64,000 nt of DNA from Eledone cirrhosa (Eukaryota): the NCBI GenBank assembly GCA_964016885.1, contig OZ024741.1, forward strand, positions 214,892,001 to 214,956,000, read 5' to 3'. The notes under the pieces are model-generated. The model ran no database searches. It worked only from the letters and a program-made list of their open reading frames with translations, and was not told the DNA's origin. Position numbers and translations under genes: made by a program. Below, piece by piece: positions 27,418 to 41,074 of the stretch (positions are counted from its first letter, which is position 1; each line of letters opens with the position of its first letter).

Positions 27418-27875
27418 ATGAGGGTTTCCCAATATTTTAAAACTTTTCAGGAATGTGGTCTGGAACATAAACAACTGAAGCGTCAGTTACAGAGGGGCTG
27501 TGCTCACAGTTTTCAAGAAGTCGTCGGTAGTTGGACATTCAATTTCTGTCAGCGTGTACTCCTCTCAAAGGCTTGTTATGTTAATCACCTGAAGTCACGT
27601 GAAAAGATAACCACCCGCAACACCACTCAACAAAGACCTAACGAAACAACGTACGTGATATTCAACAAAGTGTGTAGAAAAAGTTCCGGACTAAAAAAAC
27701 TAACACACGACGGTCCTGTGGAAAGCAAAAGTCTCTTCTGTCACCCTTGTTGTAAAGCATGCAGATCTACAGTTGATCTACAAAGTCATCTACAAAGACA
27801 TGGACGCGGATGGGATGACAATAGAGAGTCAATAAGAAATGGCAATCGTCTGTGAAGACGCTGCAATCCTCAAGT
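27418..27875 (+). mobile_element. RTE-type 3' end with several decayed C2H2 fingers and a (TATG)n tail (related copy at 52370-52790, minus)
   Basis: FCQRVLLSKACYVNHLKS, CHPCCKACRSTVDLQSHLQRH; ends GCTGCAATCC followed by TATG repeats. Confidence 0.7.
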
Positions 27876-27914
27876 ATTTATGTAAGGATGTATGTATGTA
27901 TGTATGTACGTATG

Positions 27915-28185
27915 TTCTTCTGGTTTTATCATTTCAGAAATGTTTTCCCAATAAAGAAAGAATCGGTTTCTAACATAGACACAAGAATCTCTCATTGGAA
28001 TTTACACAGCATCAACTAGGTAGATATGTATGCATGTGTAGATATGGATGTTATTGTATGTGTGTATGTGTATGTTTTGAGTTGTATGTGTGTATGTGTG
28101 TATGCTTTGCATCTGTACATGTGTATATACAGTTATTAGATGCAAAATTTTTGGAATGTTTTACATATTTTTACTGCTCCATTAA
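27915..28185 (-). mobile_element. R4/Dong LINE 3' fragment (another at 33771-34016, minus)
   Basis: Reverse complement of about 51310-51601 (VKICKTFQKF + 3' UTR), embedded in (TATG)n. Confidence 0.85.
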
Positions 28186-28879
28186 TGTATGTATGTATGT
28201 ATGTATGTATGTATGTATGTATGTATGTATGTATGTATGTATGTATGTATGTATGTTTGTACGTATGTATGTATGTATGTATGTACGTATGTATGTATGA
28301 CAAAGGGCAGAAGAACTCAAGAGTCAACGGCAATCCAAATATGTGTATGTACATGTGTATGTACGTATGTATGTATGTAAAAAAAAACACCTCAAAATAA
28401 CACAACACACACACACAACAACATCAACTGCCACCACCACCAGCGACCGGGCCTTAAGAAAACAACAATTATTTTTCTGCTTTTGACACGGAGCCAGCGA
28501 CTGTCCCAGCGCATTACTGGTGCTCTCTTTTGTTGACTGAAAGGCAAGGTTGACCTCGGCGGGATTTGAACTCGGAGCGTGGAGAGCCATAGCTCTATGC
28601 TGTAAAGCAATTATAATAATAATAATACTGAACTGTAACACGAACGGCTTCAACTATACCAACACTTGAAAGTCAACAGTTGACATAATCTTGTAATCTT
28701 GTATCAGTAATGACGGTAATATATACATATATATGTGTGTAAGTGAGTAGCGCGTGTGTGTTTGTTTGTATGTATGAGTGTTGGTGTGTACGCGCGTATG
28801 TATGTGTGTGTGTGTGTGCGCGTGTGTGTATGTCGTACGTATAAGTGTCAATAAGTAAGTTTTTTTTTGATGCCGTCTC

Positions 28880-31615
28880 CATCTACGTCCTAGTCAGGAT
28901 GCGTGACAGACAGGATGTGCAGTGTGTTCGTGCTCTTCGTGAAGCTGAGTGATGGACGGACCACCGCCTGGTACACGCAAAAGTGAAACTAATCACTAAA
29001 CGTAAAATCCGGGCTCCTGGTGTTGCCCTGCCCAGAAGATTGAATGCTGCTCGTCTTAAGGATAAAAATATGAAGAGGGCATTGCAAGAAGAGATCCAGG
29101 TTGCAGCTCTTGGTGAGGATTGGCCGACCCTTAAAAAGTCGGTTTATGATGTAGGCAGGCGTGTTCTGGGATTGGTGCAGAGAAAACATCACGATAGGTT
29201 TAATGAGAATGATGAACATATAGAAGACTTGTTGGCTGATAAGAGGCGTGCTCTGTCACGCTACTTGACGGCAAAACCACAGGAGAAGAATACGTTGCAT
29301 AAGGAACTCAAGGATGTGAAATCACGTGTTAGGCGGAGTCTTTCTCAGTGGTTGAGTGAGAAGGCTGATGAGATACAAACTGCGTCAGATTCCAATAACA
29401 CAAAGCTGCTGTACAGTATCTTGCGTGAAGTTTATGGACCGTCTTCTTCTCTGGTGACACCGCTTCGCAGCAAGGATGGCAAAGAACTTCTCCGTGACTC
29501 ACAAGAATTTCTACGAAGGTGGCGAGAGAACTTTGATGATCTTTTGAATCAGCCGTCTGTCGTCAATGAAGATTTCCTCAATCTCATTCCAGAAAGTCCT
29601 GTGAAAGTAGCTCTCGCAGCACTTCCGACGCTTGTGGAGGTTGCAGTGGCTCTCTCGAAGCTGAACAGTGGAAAGTCTCAAGGTATGGATGGCATACATG
29701 CTGAGCTCCTACAATATGGTGGTGAGAGACTCCTGCAACATCTTCACTCTTTGTTTGGCAGAATATGGGCTAATGAATCCGTACATGAGGAGTGGAGAGA
29801 TGCAGTAATGGTCGTCTTGTACAAGGGAAAGGGTAACAGGAATGATTGTGGGAACTACAGAGGTATATCATTACTTTCTGTCGTAGGGAAATATTTATGT
29901 AGGGTGCTTCTGGACCGTATGCTGACACACATTGCAGATTGTGTTCTTCCTGAAAGTCAATCTGGTTTTCGTGCTGGACGCGGCACTACTGATATGATCT
30001 TCTCAGCTAGACAGCTCCAGTAGAAGTGCATGGAACAAGGCTTGGATCTATATCAGGTTTTTGTCGATCTGACAAAAGCTTTCGATACTGTCAACAGAAA
30101 TGCATTATGGAAAGTTCTCCAGAAACCTGGTTGCCCTGATAAGTTCCTTGCTTTAGTTAGGTCTTTCCGTGACGACATGAAGGCTTTGGTTAATGTCGGA
30201 GGTAACATGTCGGAGCCTATCTCAGTAAAAAATGGAGTAAAACAGGGGGATATTCCAGCACCGACCCTGTTTACCATATACTTTGCAATGGTTTTCTGTA
30301 TTGCATTCAAGAATTAGGGGCATGGTGTTTACATCCGATATCGAACATCAGGCAGCATATTTAACATCAGGCGCTTTGCTGCAAAGACAAAAGTATTTAC
30401 ATCAATCATAAGAGACCTCTTGTATGCAGATGATTGCGATCTTGTAGCGCACACACAGAGTGATATGCAGCACATTTTGAATGCATTTTCTGATGCTTGC
30501 TCTGCCCTAGGATTGACTGTCAGTCTCAAGAAAACCCTCGTCATGTACCAACCTGCCCCTGGTGAGCAGTACAGTGAACCAAATATCTATGTGTATGGTA
30601 AACGCGTTCGAGTGGATGATCAGTGTATCTACCCGGGAAGCACTGTCAATCGATACAGCAACCTTGATAGTGAAATCTCACTTAGGATTAGGAAAGCAAG
30701 TGATGCTTTCGGAAAGCTAGACAGGCGACTCTGGGGTCGGCGAGACATATGCAGGAGGACAAAGGTAAAGGTGTACAGGGCATGTGTGCTCTCTTCTCTT
30801 CTTTATGCCTGCGAGACCTGGGTCACATATGGATACCAGCTTAAGCAATTGGAGCGTTTCCATCAGATGTGTCTCAGACGGATCCATGGCGTTCACTGGA
30901 GGGACCACATCAGTGATGTCGAGACGTTGGAAAGCTCTATGTGTGACAGTATAGAAGCTCTTGTGATTAAGCAACGACTCCGTTGGAGTGGTGACCTTGC
31001 CAGGACGAAGGATTCTAGAATACCAAAACAACTCTTTTATGGAGAGTTAGTTAAAGGAAAACGACCGCCACATGAACCAAAAAAGAGGTATAAGGATTCC
31101 TTGAAAGCCTCTTTGAAAGACGCTAACATCTCTGCTGATACATGGGAAAATATTGCTGCTGATCGTAATAAATGGAGAAAGACTGTATATGAGGGGAAAG
31201 TTGTCTTTGAGGCATCTCGAATCGCATACGAGAAAGTAAAGTGGGATGTGTGGAAGGGCATTGCTGTTGCACTTCCAGACGGCGAGGGTTCTCCTATGGT
31301 GCTGATATGCAGCGTCTGTACGAGACTCTGCCTAAGCAAAGCTGGACTCGAAAGTCATCTTCGCAGTCATAAAGTAAGACCAGTGGTTGACTACCAGGCT
31401 GCTGTTGGAGATGCTACTCATCATGCTTGCCAAACATGTGGTAGAGAATGTAAATCAGCAGGAGGGCTCAAACGACATGCAAAAGTACACGAACTCCAAC
31501 CACAGCCGACTATTCCCAGTGAATGTTTTGGTTGACGACTCTGTGCAAGACATTTCAGATCATTGGCTGGACTAAAAAGCCACATTCGATCGCAGCGCTG
31601 TTAGTTGCTATCGCG
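28880..31615 (+). mobile_element. 5'-truncated RTE-clade LINE: end of APE, RT, three C-terminal C2H2 fingers; in-frame stops at 30021 and 30315
   Basis: TDHRLV, NYRGISLLS, QSGFRAGRGT, VDLTKAFDTV, YADD, RLRWSG; CSVCTRLC..H..H, CQTCGREC..H..H. Confidence 0.93.
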
Positions 31616-31869
31616 TGTGTGTGTATAGATATGTTTATGTGTGTGCATGTGTGTGTATATATATATATATATGTATATTATTATTGTTGTTGTTGTCGTA
31701 AACCCTTGTGGTTAATAAAGAAATCATTATTGTTGTTGTTGTCGTTATTATTATTGTTATTATTATTATTATTATTATTATTGTTGTTATATAATTTCTG
31801 GCCTTGTGCCACTAGTAGAAACAATTATTATTATTATTGTTATTAATATATATATATATATTTTTTTAT

Positions 31870-33760
31870 CTCGTGCAATGGCCATACCCGATAACGAGGG
31901 GGCAGTCATCATGTATGTATGTATGTATGTATGTATGTATGTATGTATGTGTATGCACTGCTTTATATCTGGAGATCTCTCTGCACTTGTCGTCACATGG
32001 TGCCATGGGCCCAGCACTATGTGTCAATAATTGCCACAGGTGTAGTGTTTGTACCAGAGTTTTCAAGTCCCTGGCTGGACTAAAAAGTCACACTCGTTCA
32101 GCACATCGGTAGGGGTTCTCCTACATGGATATAAAGTAGCGGCCGTACTCGAAAACGAGTTGGCAGCCACCACCATGTGTATGCATATGCATGTACATGC
32201 GCGGGGACATAGAAATAATCAGGCTAGATACCCTATCGCGCGGTTAAACCACTGGGTGTGAAGGACCCCTAGCCTTTGTCAGGGCATTCTTCTAGGAGAA
32301 GGCAACTCAGGAAACTGGGATAGCTCCGATATAAAACCTGCAGCTCAGTAGTTACCGATGATGTTCTTTTCGGGTTATAGCTACTGTCGCTCAGAGAGTG
32401 GGATTGGCTCAGTGCACAGTCTTTCCTCACTTAAAAAAAAAATCTTCACGCACAGACATTGCACGATATCATTAATTGATAATTATTAATACTGGTATAT
32501 CGTGCAATCGTCATACTCGATAAGGAGGGAGCAGCCATAATCATGTATGTATATATGTATGCATGTCAGAATGCATGTATGTATGAATGTATGTGTATAA
32601 GTATGTATGTATGATTATATGTATGTACATATGTATATATATGTGTATGTATGTATGCATGTATATACATATTTATGTATATATGTGTGTATGTATGTAT
32701 GCATGTATATACATATGTATGTATACATGTGTGTATATATGTATGTTTATTGTATATATGTATGTATGTCAACATCATCGGATGCTTCCGAAACCGCAGA
32801 GTTTTTTTAGAGTTTCCCTCTCCTAGAAAGGTGTCCAAACGATCGGTCTCTTCATTGAATTGGAGTGCCCTGAGTGTGGAAAGTTTGCATGAGCAAATCT
32901 GGTCTCAGGAGCCACAATCGCAGCCATGTTCTAAGAGAAAGAGTGAACTATGATCTCCACAGTCTTGTGAAGGTTCACAGGCAACCTGATGCAAGACACG
33001 AGGCCAGCGAGATCCATTGTTGTCGTCAATATTCGAAGGAGTGCAAGTCACTAGCAGGCTTGAAAAGCCATATAGGAGCGTCACATATCTGAATCTGACA
33101 AGTGATTGCAATACTCTTAGTAGAGTTTGCAGCCATAATGTATGTATGTATGTATGTATGTCATTGGATACAAATCAGGTTTCCAGGTGTTATATCAAAG
33201 TTTTCCTTCTCCTAGAATTCTGCCTTGACAAAGGCTAAGGGGTCATCTCTCCCGGTGATTTTGGATGGACATTGACTCTTAAGAGCTCCTTTGCCCTTTC
33301 ACAGGTTTTGTTTTTAGTCCTGCAGGATGTCCAACGTCACCCTCCCCACCAAGAAACCTTGGTGGGGTTGTCAGTTTAGTCGCCAACGACCCGACCATGA
33401 GACAAGTTGTACTGGGATACATGTTACCAACTGGTGACCTGTCATATGTTCTTCTTTTTGGTAAATATCATCTTGGTTAAGAGAGTGGGACTGGCTTTGT
33501 GCAGTGCCTTTGCTCACTATAAAAACTTCACGGCACGGGCATTGCTTTATATCTGGAGATCTCTCTGCACTTGTCGTCACATGCTACCATGGGCCCAGCA
33601 CTATGTGTCAATAATTGTCACAAGTGTAGTGTTTGTACCAGAGTTTTCAAGTCGCTGGATGGACTAAAAAGTCACACTCGTTCAGCGCGTCGGTAGGCGT
33701 TCTCCTACATGGATATAAAGTAGTGGCCGTACTCGAAAACGAGTTGGCTGCCACGATGTA
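31870..33760 (+). mobile_element. Stack of short RTE derivatives (3' ends and bipartite 5'UTR+3'end elements) separated by (TATG)n
   Basis: C2H2 ends (CSVCTRVFKSLAGLKSH), GCAGCC+(TATG)n tails, CTAGGAGAAGG(C/A)AACTC 5'UTR motif; homologous to 7490-7790, 48372-48845 and 51683-52290. Confidence 0.75.
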
Positions 33761-34969
33761 TGTATGTATGTTCTTCTGGTTTTATAATTTCACAAAGTTT
33801 TACCAATAGAGAGAGAGTCGGTTTCTAACATAGACACCAGACTCTCTCATTGGAATTTACACAACATCAACTAGGTAGATATGTATGTAAGCATGTATGT
33901 GTAGATATGGATGTTATTGTATGTGTGGATGTGTATGTTTTGAGTTGTATGTGTGCATGTGTATATACTTTTATGTGAATATGCAGTTATTAGATGCAAC
34001 ATTTTTGGAATGTTTTGTATGTATGTATGTATGTATGTATGTATGTATGTATGTATGTATGTATGTATGTTTACTTGTCTGTTCACCCACACACTATTAT
34101 CTATGTCTTCCTTTATCTCTTTCTCTCTTATTCTCGACAGATTTCTCTCCTCCCATACTCTACCCTACCTTTATCCAAATTGTTTCTTTCTCAAATAACC
34201 TTTACTACAGTTGAAATGCTTTCCTTATCGTTTTAATTAAAGAGGCACTATGTTTGAGGCACACACAAACACACACAAACCTATATATATATATACAAGC
34301 AAATTATAAACGTAAACATGTAAGTATGTTTTTGAAACAGTGTGGGAGTTTGAAATTAGAAATTAGAAATTATAAGCTTTCACCGTATTTTAGACTAAAG
34401 AAATTTCTAGCCTGATAGTGGGGTTTATAACCCTCGGAGAAATGGAAAAAGATGAGTGTTGCCGTAGCAGTCTCTCTCTCTCTGTTAGCCTCTTCCTCAC
34501 CCTTCACTCACTCATTCTCTGTCACTACCTCTCCTCCTCCTCTTTCTTCCCGTTTGACCTGTGAGTAATTCTTTTCTCTCACATTCTCGGCCAAGCTGGT
34601 CGGAATTTTCTCTCTCTCGTCTACGATTTCACAGAACTTATGTTTACCGAATTTGCAGACCAGACCCCTTCTTCCTCCCGTTAGACCTGTGCGAAATTCC
34701 TTCCTTGCTCACATTTCAACCAGGTTTGATGGTCTTTATTCTCTCGTTCACGATTTCACCGAACTTAAATTCATAGAAATCTGGGACTTGTCTCCTTCTT
34801 CCTCACTTTCTGTTGCTTCAGCATTTTGTTTGTTTACCCTCGTGTCCCCTTTATTTACGTGTCCCAACGACTTTTTTTAGCCGTTGCTCACACCAACCGG
34901 AGGTATATGGTCTTTAAAGCGATGAAATGGCTCTGATAGTTGGAAGATCACTGATGAAGGACAAACTTT

Positions 34970-35007
<38 letters not shown>

Positions 35008-35074
35008 GTATAGACATATATATATATGTATATATATTCTATATATATATATATGTATATATAGAATGTATTTT

Positions 35075-35115
<41 letters not shown>

Positions 35116-35280
35116 TACTAATGTATTTTTCTAATTCATTAATATAATATGTTATAATTTCTTCATTTCTTCATCACCACTACCATCATTTTTACCATCA
35201 TCAGGATCATCATTTATCGTTACTCTCCCCGTCCCATCAAATTGCTGGCCTTGTGCCTAAATCAGAAACTATTATTATTA

Positions 35281-35397
35281 TTACGGCCATATCACGCTGA
35301 AAACATCGGTTCTCGTACGATCACCGAAGTTAAGCAACGTCGAGCCTAGTTAGTACTTAGATGGGTGACCGCTTGGGAAACCTATATGCTGTAAGCA
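35281..35397 (+). rRNA. 5S rRNA copy (probable pseudogene)
   Basis: TTACGGCCATATCACGCTGAAAAC..TCTCGT.CGATCACCGAAGTTAAGC..GTTAGTACTT.GATGGGTGACCGCTTGGGAA..GCTGTAAGCA; first two bases missing, several substitutions, solitary. Confidence 0.88.
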
Positions 35398-35404
35398 TTT
35401 CCTT

Positions 35405-36770
35405 TAAAAGAGTGGTGGATTGGCAGTATCGGGAGATGGTCGGGCGCCATACTTTGCAGCAAATAGTTACGGCCCTTTACGATCTGAGTTCAAATCTCGC
35501 CGAGGTTAACGTTGCCTTTCATCTTTATGGGGTCGATAAAATAAAGTACCAGTAATGTACTGGTTAATTGCTGGCTTTGGGTAGATTTAATCGACTTTCC
35601 CCTCCCCCTAAATTACTGGCTTTGTGCCTATATAAGAAACCACGTATAGAGTTACGGCCCTTGCCATTCTAAGTTCAAATCCCGCCGAGGTTAACTTTGT
35701 CTTTCAACCTTACGGGGTCGATAAAATAAAGTACCAGTAATGCACTAGGTAATTGATGGCCTTGTGCCAAGAGTAGAAACAATTATTATTATTGTTTGTT
35801 ATTAGGGCGGTGGATTGGCAATATCGGTAGAGTTTCGGACACCATGCTTTGAAGCATAGAGTTACATCCCTTTATGATCTGAGTTCAAATTCCGCCGAGG
35901 TTAACTTTGCCTTTCATCCTTGCGGGGTCGATAAAATAAAGTACCAGTAATGTACTGTGTAATTGTGCCAAAAGTAGAAACAATTATTATTGTTATTATT
36001 AGCTTTGCTTTTGATACTTACGAGGTCGGTAAATAAAGTACCAGTTATGTACTGGGGTAAATTTAATCGACTTTCTCACCCCTCAAATTGCTGGCCTTGT
36101 GCCTAAATCTGAAACTATTATTATCATTATTATAAGGGCGGTGGACTTGCAGTATCGGTAGAACGTCGAACAACATGCATTGCGGCATAGAGTTGTGGCC
36201 TTATACCTTCTGAGTTCAAATCCCGCTGAGGTTAGATTTTTTTCTTTCATTCTTTCGGGGTCGATAAAATAAGTACCAGTAATGCACTTTCCCCTCGACT
36301 TTCCCCTCACCATCAAATTGCTGGCCTTTTGCCTAAAGTAGAACCAAGTATCATCAATATTATTATGGGTTAATTGGCACAATCGGTAGAGCATCCGACA
36401 AAATGCTTTGCGGCATATAGTTACGGCCCTTTACGGTCTGAGTTCAAACCCCGCTGAGGTTAGCTTTGCTTCTCATTCTTTCAAAGGTCGATGAAATAAA
36501 GTACCAGTAATGAACTGGAGTCATTTAATTGGCTTTCCCTTCCTCTCAAGTCATTGGCCTTTTGCCGAAATCAAAAACCTTTATCATTGGCGGTATCGGA
36601 CGCCATGCTTTGACGCATAGAGTTACGGCCCTTGTCATTTTGACTTCAAATCCTGCCGAGGTTAACTTTGCCTTTCATCCTTACGGCGTCGATAGAATAA
36701 AGTACCAGTAATGTACTGTTATAATTGCTGGCCTTGTGCCAAAAGTAGAAACAATTATTATTATTGTTAT
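35405..36770 (+). mobile_element. Head-to-tail cluster of about 7 family-2 SINE copies and fragments
   Basis: Repeated GAGTTCAAATCCCGCCGAGGTTAACTTTGCCTTTCATCC units with (ATT)n tails, all in the same orientation. Confidence 0.9.
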
Positions 36771-37100
36771 TGTTGTTTTGTTGTATTCTATGTATTTTTA
36801 TACCCGACAACATTTCTCTCCCTTTATATATATATTAATCACATAGACTAATTTAATTTACCTGTGTAAAGGTTGCCGTCATTATTTGTTTTTGCTATTT
36901 GTATACATGATAGAAAATGGCGTTGCAGGGTACGAGGAATTCTGTTAAATATGTACGTATACATGTACATGTATAGATACATGTACTTGTTATAATATGA
37001 ACACACATATCCTTATATACGTACATACATATATACATAAATATATATGTATATATATTTCCTATACATATATATATACTTTTAGAAATATGTATATATA

Positions 37101-37176
<76 letters not shown>

Positions 37177-37277
37177 TATATATACTATATATACATATAT
37201 ATATATATATAGTTTCAGAAGATCCCGTTAAGGGTAAAAGCAGCGATTCTTTGCTTAAACTTTAATATGTTATTTTA

Positions 37278-37337
<60 letters not shown>

Positions 37338-37441
37338 CTCTCTCTCTCTCTCTATCTCTGTCTCTCTCTCTGTATATATATATATATATATATATGCTTA
37401 TGTGTGTGTGTGTGTGTGTGTGTATGTGTGTGTGTGTATGT

Positions 37442-37474
<33 letters not shown>

Positions 37475-37477
<3 letters not shown>

Positions 37478-38152
37478 GAATGTATATATAGTGTATTTTG
37501 CAATACACTGTATGCTTAATTAAAAGCATTTCGAAGACCTTATGCTATTGTTTTAGAGTAGTGACAGACTCACTTATTTAATTTTCAGCAAGCAGGGGGA
37601 GATAAAGCTGACAAGGCCTTGTTTCGCATTTATTGATGCTTATAAGAGCCAAATACTCCTCCTGTTTGCTGAAATCATGGATGTTTGGTTCTTATAGAAT
37701 TCTTATAGAATTCTACTCTAAAACAATAGCATAAGGTCTTCGAAATTCTTTTAATTAAGCATACAGTGTATTGCAAAATACACTGTATATACATTCATAT
37801 ATATTTAGCTATTTCAGAGCACCAATTCTAATTTTCAATTTCTGCTTGACCGGCAACCGCTCTGTATAATCAGTTCCTGATTATTTACTAGAATCCTATA
37901 AGAACCAAACATCCATGATTTCATCAAACAGGAGTAGTAGTTGGCTTTGATAAGCATTAATAAATGCGAAACAGGGCCTTGTCAGCTTTATCTCCCCCTG
38001 TTTGCTGAAAATTAAAGTAAGTGAGACTGTCACTACTCTAAAACAATAGCATAAGTTCTTCGAAATGCTTTTAATTAAGCATACAGTGTATTGCAAAATA
38101 CACTATATATACATTCATATATATTTAGCTATTTCAGAGCACCAATTCTAAT
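37475..38152 (+). mobile_element. About 320-bp retrozyme-like repeat: inverted arm (37475-37710) + partial tandem (37714-38152); HHRs at 37943-37987 (+) and 37606-37650 (-)
   Basis: TACTCTAAAACAATAGC at 37714 and 38034; GGCT-TTGATAA-GCATT/AATGC-GAAA-CAGGGCCTTG-TC-AGCT. Confidence 0.82.
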
Positions 38153-38230
38153 ATAAATATATACACATTTACATATACTTATATGTATATTCTGTATATA
38201 TGTATGTATATATATTATACAAATATATGT

Positions 38231-38289
<59 letters not shown>

Positions 38290-38291
<2 letters not shown>

Positions 38292-38545
38292 TAAGTTATT
38301 CCGGGTTGAATCGGAGCTAACCACAGTAAGTAAGGTACTCAATACATAGCAGAGTATAAAAGTTTTAATATAGATGAGATTCTACAGGACTATAACTGTT
38401 TCATTCTTTAGGAATCATCAGGAGATGGTATATATACATATATATATATATACATGTTAGTGCAGTCTCAGTTACACATTTTCCTGATGATTTCTAAAGA
38501 ATGAAACAGTTCTAGTCCTGTAGAATCTCATCTATATTAAAATAT
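38290..38545. mobile_element. Fold-back element with HHR motifs (38380-38424 minus, 38481-38525 plus); relative at 40358-40500
   Basis: TTC-CTGATGA-short stem II-GAAA-CAG..CTG-TA-GAA; flanked by (AT)n. Confidence 0.7.
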
Positions 38546-38562
38546 ATATATATATATTTATT

Positions 38563-38604
<42 letters not shown>

Positions 38605-38646
38605 AGTGTGAGTGTGTATGAGTGTGTGTGAGAGAGTGTGTTTGTG

Positions 38647-38775
<129 letters not shown>

Positions 38776-39094
38776 GTGTGTGTGTGTGTAATTCCTCAGT
38801 TAGTAACAGAGTGGTTAGTGTGTTATTATTTCTTTTTTATTTCCACCATCTTGGTTAAAATACTCTCTGGTTGTGTTCTATCTCTCAGAACATCACTACT
38901 ACGAATATATCTAACATTTTTTAGCAAATAACATCTATTATATCCTCAGGGTTTCAAACGAGATAGAGTCTCGTCTAATAAGTTCTAATAAATGAAACTG
39001 CAGGAAATAGGACGCGCCTATATACATACATATATTAATAGTTACATATATGTATATATTTATACATGGGTACATGGGTAAATATATATATATA

Positions 39095-39330
39095 TTATTA
39101 GAAATGTAAGCTATCGCCATATTTTGACTAAAGAAATTAAAGAAATTATTTAGCCTAATAGTGGGGTTAAGAACCCACGCAGAAATGGAAAAAAATGAGT
39201 ATTGACGTACATTGGAGTCAATACTTATCTTTTTCCATTTCTCCGAGGGTTCTTAACCCCACTATTAGGCTAAATAATTTCTTTAATTTCTTTAGTCAAA
39301 ATATGGCGATAGCTTACATTTCTAATAATT
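39095..39330. repeat. About 235-bp palindrome; single-arm relative at 34350-34465
   Basis: Arms are reverse-complementary about ~39212. Confidence 0.85.
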
Positions 39331-39652
39331 TCAAACCCACTCGCTCTTTCGAAAATATTCTTACTTGACATTACATTCGCTAAGTTTATAGCTTCTAATT
39401 TGAATGGAAAAAGACGGGTGATGGTAGCACATGTTGTTCCAATCGGAAACCATGTTTATTCCCTTTCAGAAACTAATTAGTTGGAGTGAAATTTTAGTAA
39501 GTAAGTTAATTTTTATAATTTTCTTATTTTACGTCTTTCATATTATTGTTCTGCATCCCCTTGCATTGAACCACAAAGTTACTAAGACAAAACCTATATA
39601 TTTGCCAGCATAGGTATGCATCTGTATATATATGTTGGTAGATATACTAATT

Positions 39653-39708
<56 letters not shown>

Positions 39709-39714
<6 letters not shown>

Positions 39715-40296
39715 CGTAGTTAAGAAAGCCACAACAATGCAGAGGGGAATCTCGAGGTAGGAAGTGAATGATAGATAGGAGAAACAGGTGAAAGTGAAAA
39801 TTGAGAGAGTCAAAGATGAAAACAAAACAAAGGTAGAAGGGTTACCGTAGTGGAGATTTAATCCCAATATTTCGGGCTCACGCCCATCAACGGGGGAAAA
39901 GTTCCAAAAGGGGGGGAACAGGCCAAGCGGAGAAAGTTGTGATGTCGTTAAGACAGGAATGCCGTTATGAATGTCGTTAAGACAGGAATGCCGTTAACGG
40001 CATTCCTGTCTTAACGACATCACAACTTTCTCCGCTTGGCCTGTTCCCCCCCTTTTGGAACTTTTCCCCCGTTGATGGGCGTGAGCCCGAAATATTGGGA
40101 TTAAATCTCCACTACGGTAACCCTTCTACCTTTGTTTTGTTTTCATCTTTGTCTCTCTCAATTTTCACTTTCACCTGTTTCTCCTATCTATCATTCACTT
40201 CCTACCTCGAGATTCCCCTCTGCATTGTTGTGGCTTTCTTAACTACGTATTTTACACATTTCACAATGCTTCAAGCAAACTTTAACACCCTCTTAT

Positions 40297-40300
<4 letters not shown>
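39709..40300. mobile_element. Fold-back element with variant HHR (40065-40100 plus, 39862-39897 minus)
   Basis: Near-perfect inverted arms with a short tandem duplication at the centre; TCCC-CCGTTGA-t-GGGC GTGA GCCC-GAAA-TA-TT-GGGA. Confidence 0.75.
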
Positions 40301-40361
<61 letters not shown>

Positions 40362-40625
40362 TTATCCTGGGTTCAATCGGGGGTAACCATTGTAAGTAAG
40401 GTGCTCAATACATAAAAGAGTATAAATATTTAATATGGAAATGGCTTCTACAGGACTGGAACTGTTTCATTGGAGAGAAATCACCGGGAAGCCCATAAGA
40501 TATACGTGTATATACACACACATACACACATACGCACACACACAAGCATACATAAATATATACATGCTTACATAAGTACACACACATACATATATATATA
40601 TACATCTCTCTCTATACACACACAC

Positions 40626-40691
<66 letters not shown>

Positions 40692-41074
40692 TTATATATA
40701 TATACATATATATATATATCCATATATATATACATATATATAAACATATATATACATATATCCATATATCCATATATAAACATATATATATACATATATA
40801 TATAATATATATATATATATATGTGTATATTGGTTGTGTATACATATGGTTATTCTTTTAATATCCAATTGAGTTCTTATACACGTGGTTAATACCTAAC
40901 AGGTTTAAATGACCACCGTGTATATTGTTTTATTTTAAGATTACCTCCCTTTACCCTTTTGGGGAAAGCGTGTATTTTATCTTTGGGAGGACTGCAGTCT
41001 CTTCTTAGCGCTGAGGGAGACCATCACCATTCTATTAATGTTGATATAATTCTTATATCGATATTACTTGGGCA

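Noticed and set aside
34915-34965. GAAA..TC-TGAT/ATCA-CTGATGA as a type II hammerhead
   Set aside because: Stem II and stem III do not pair convincingly
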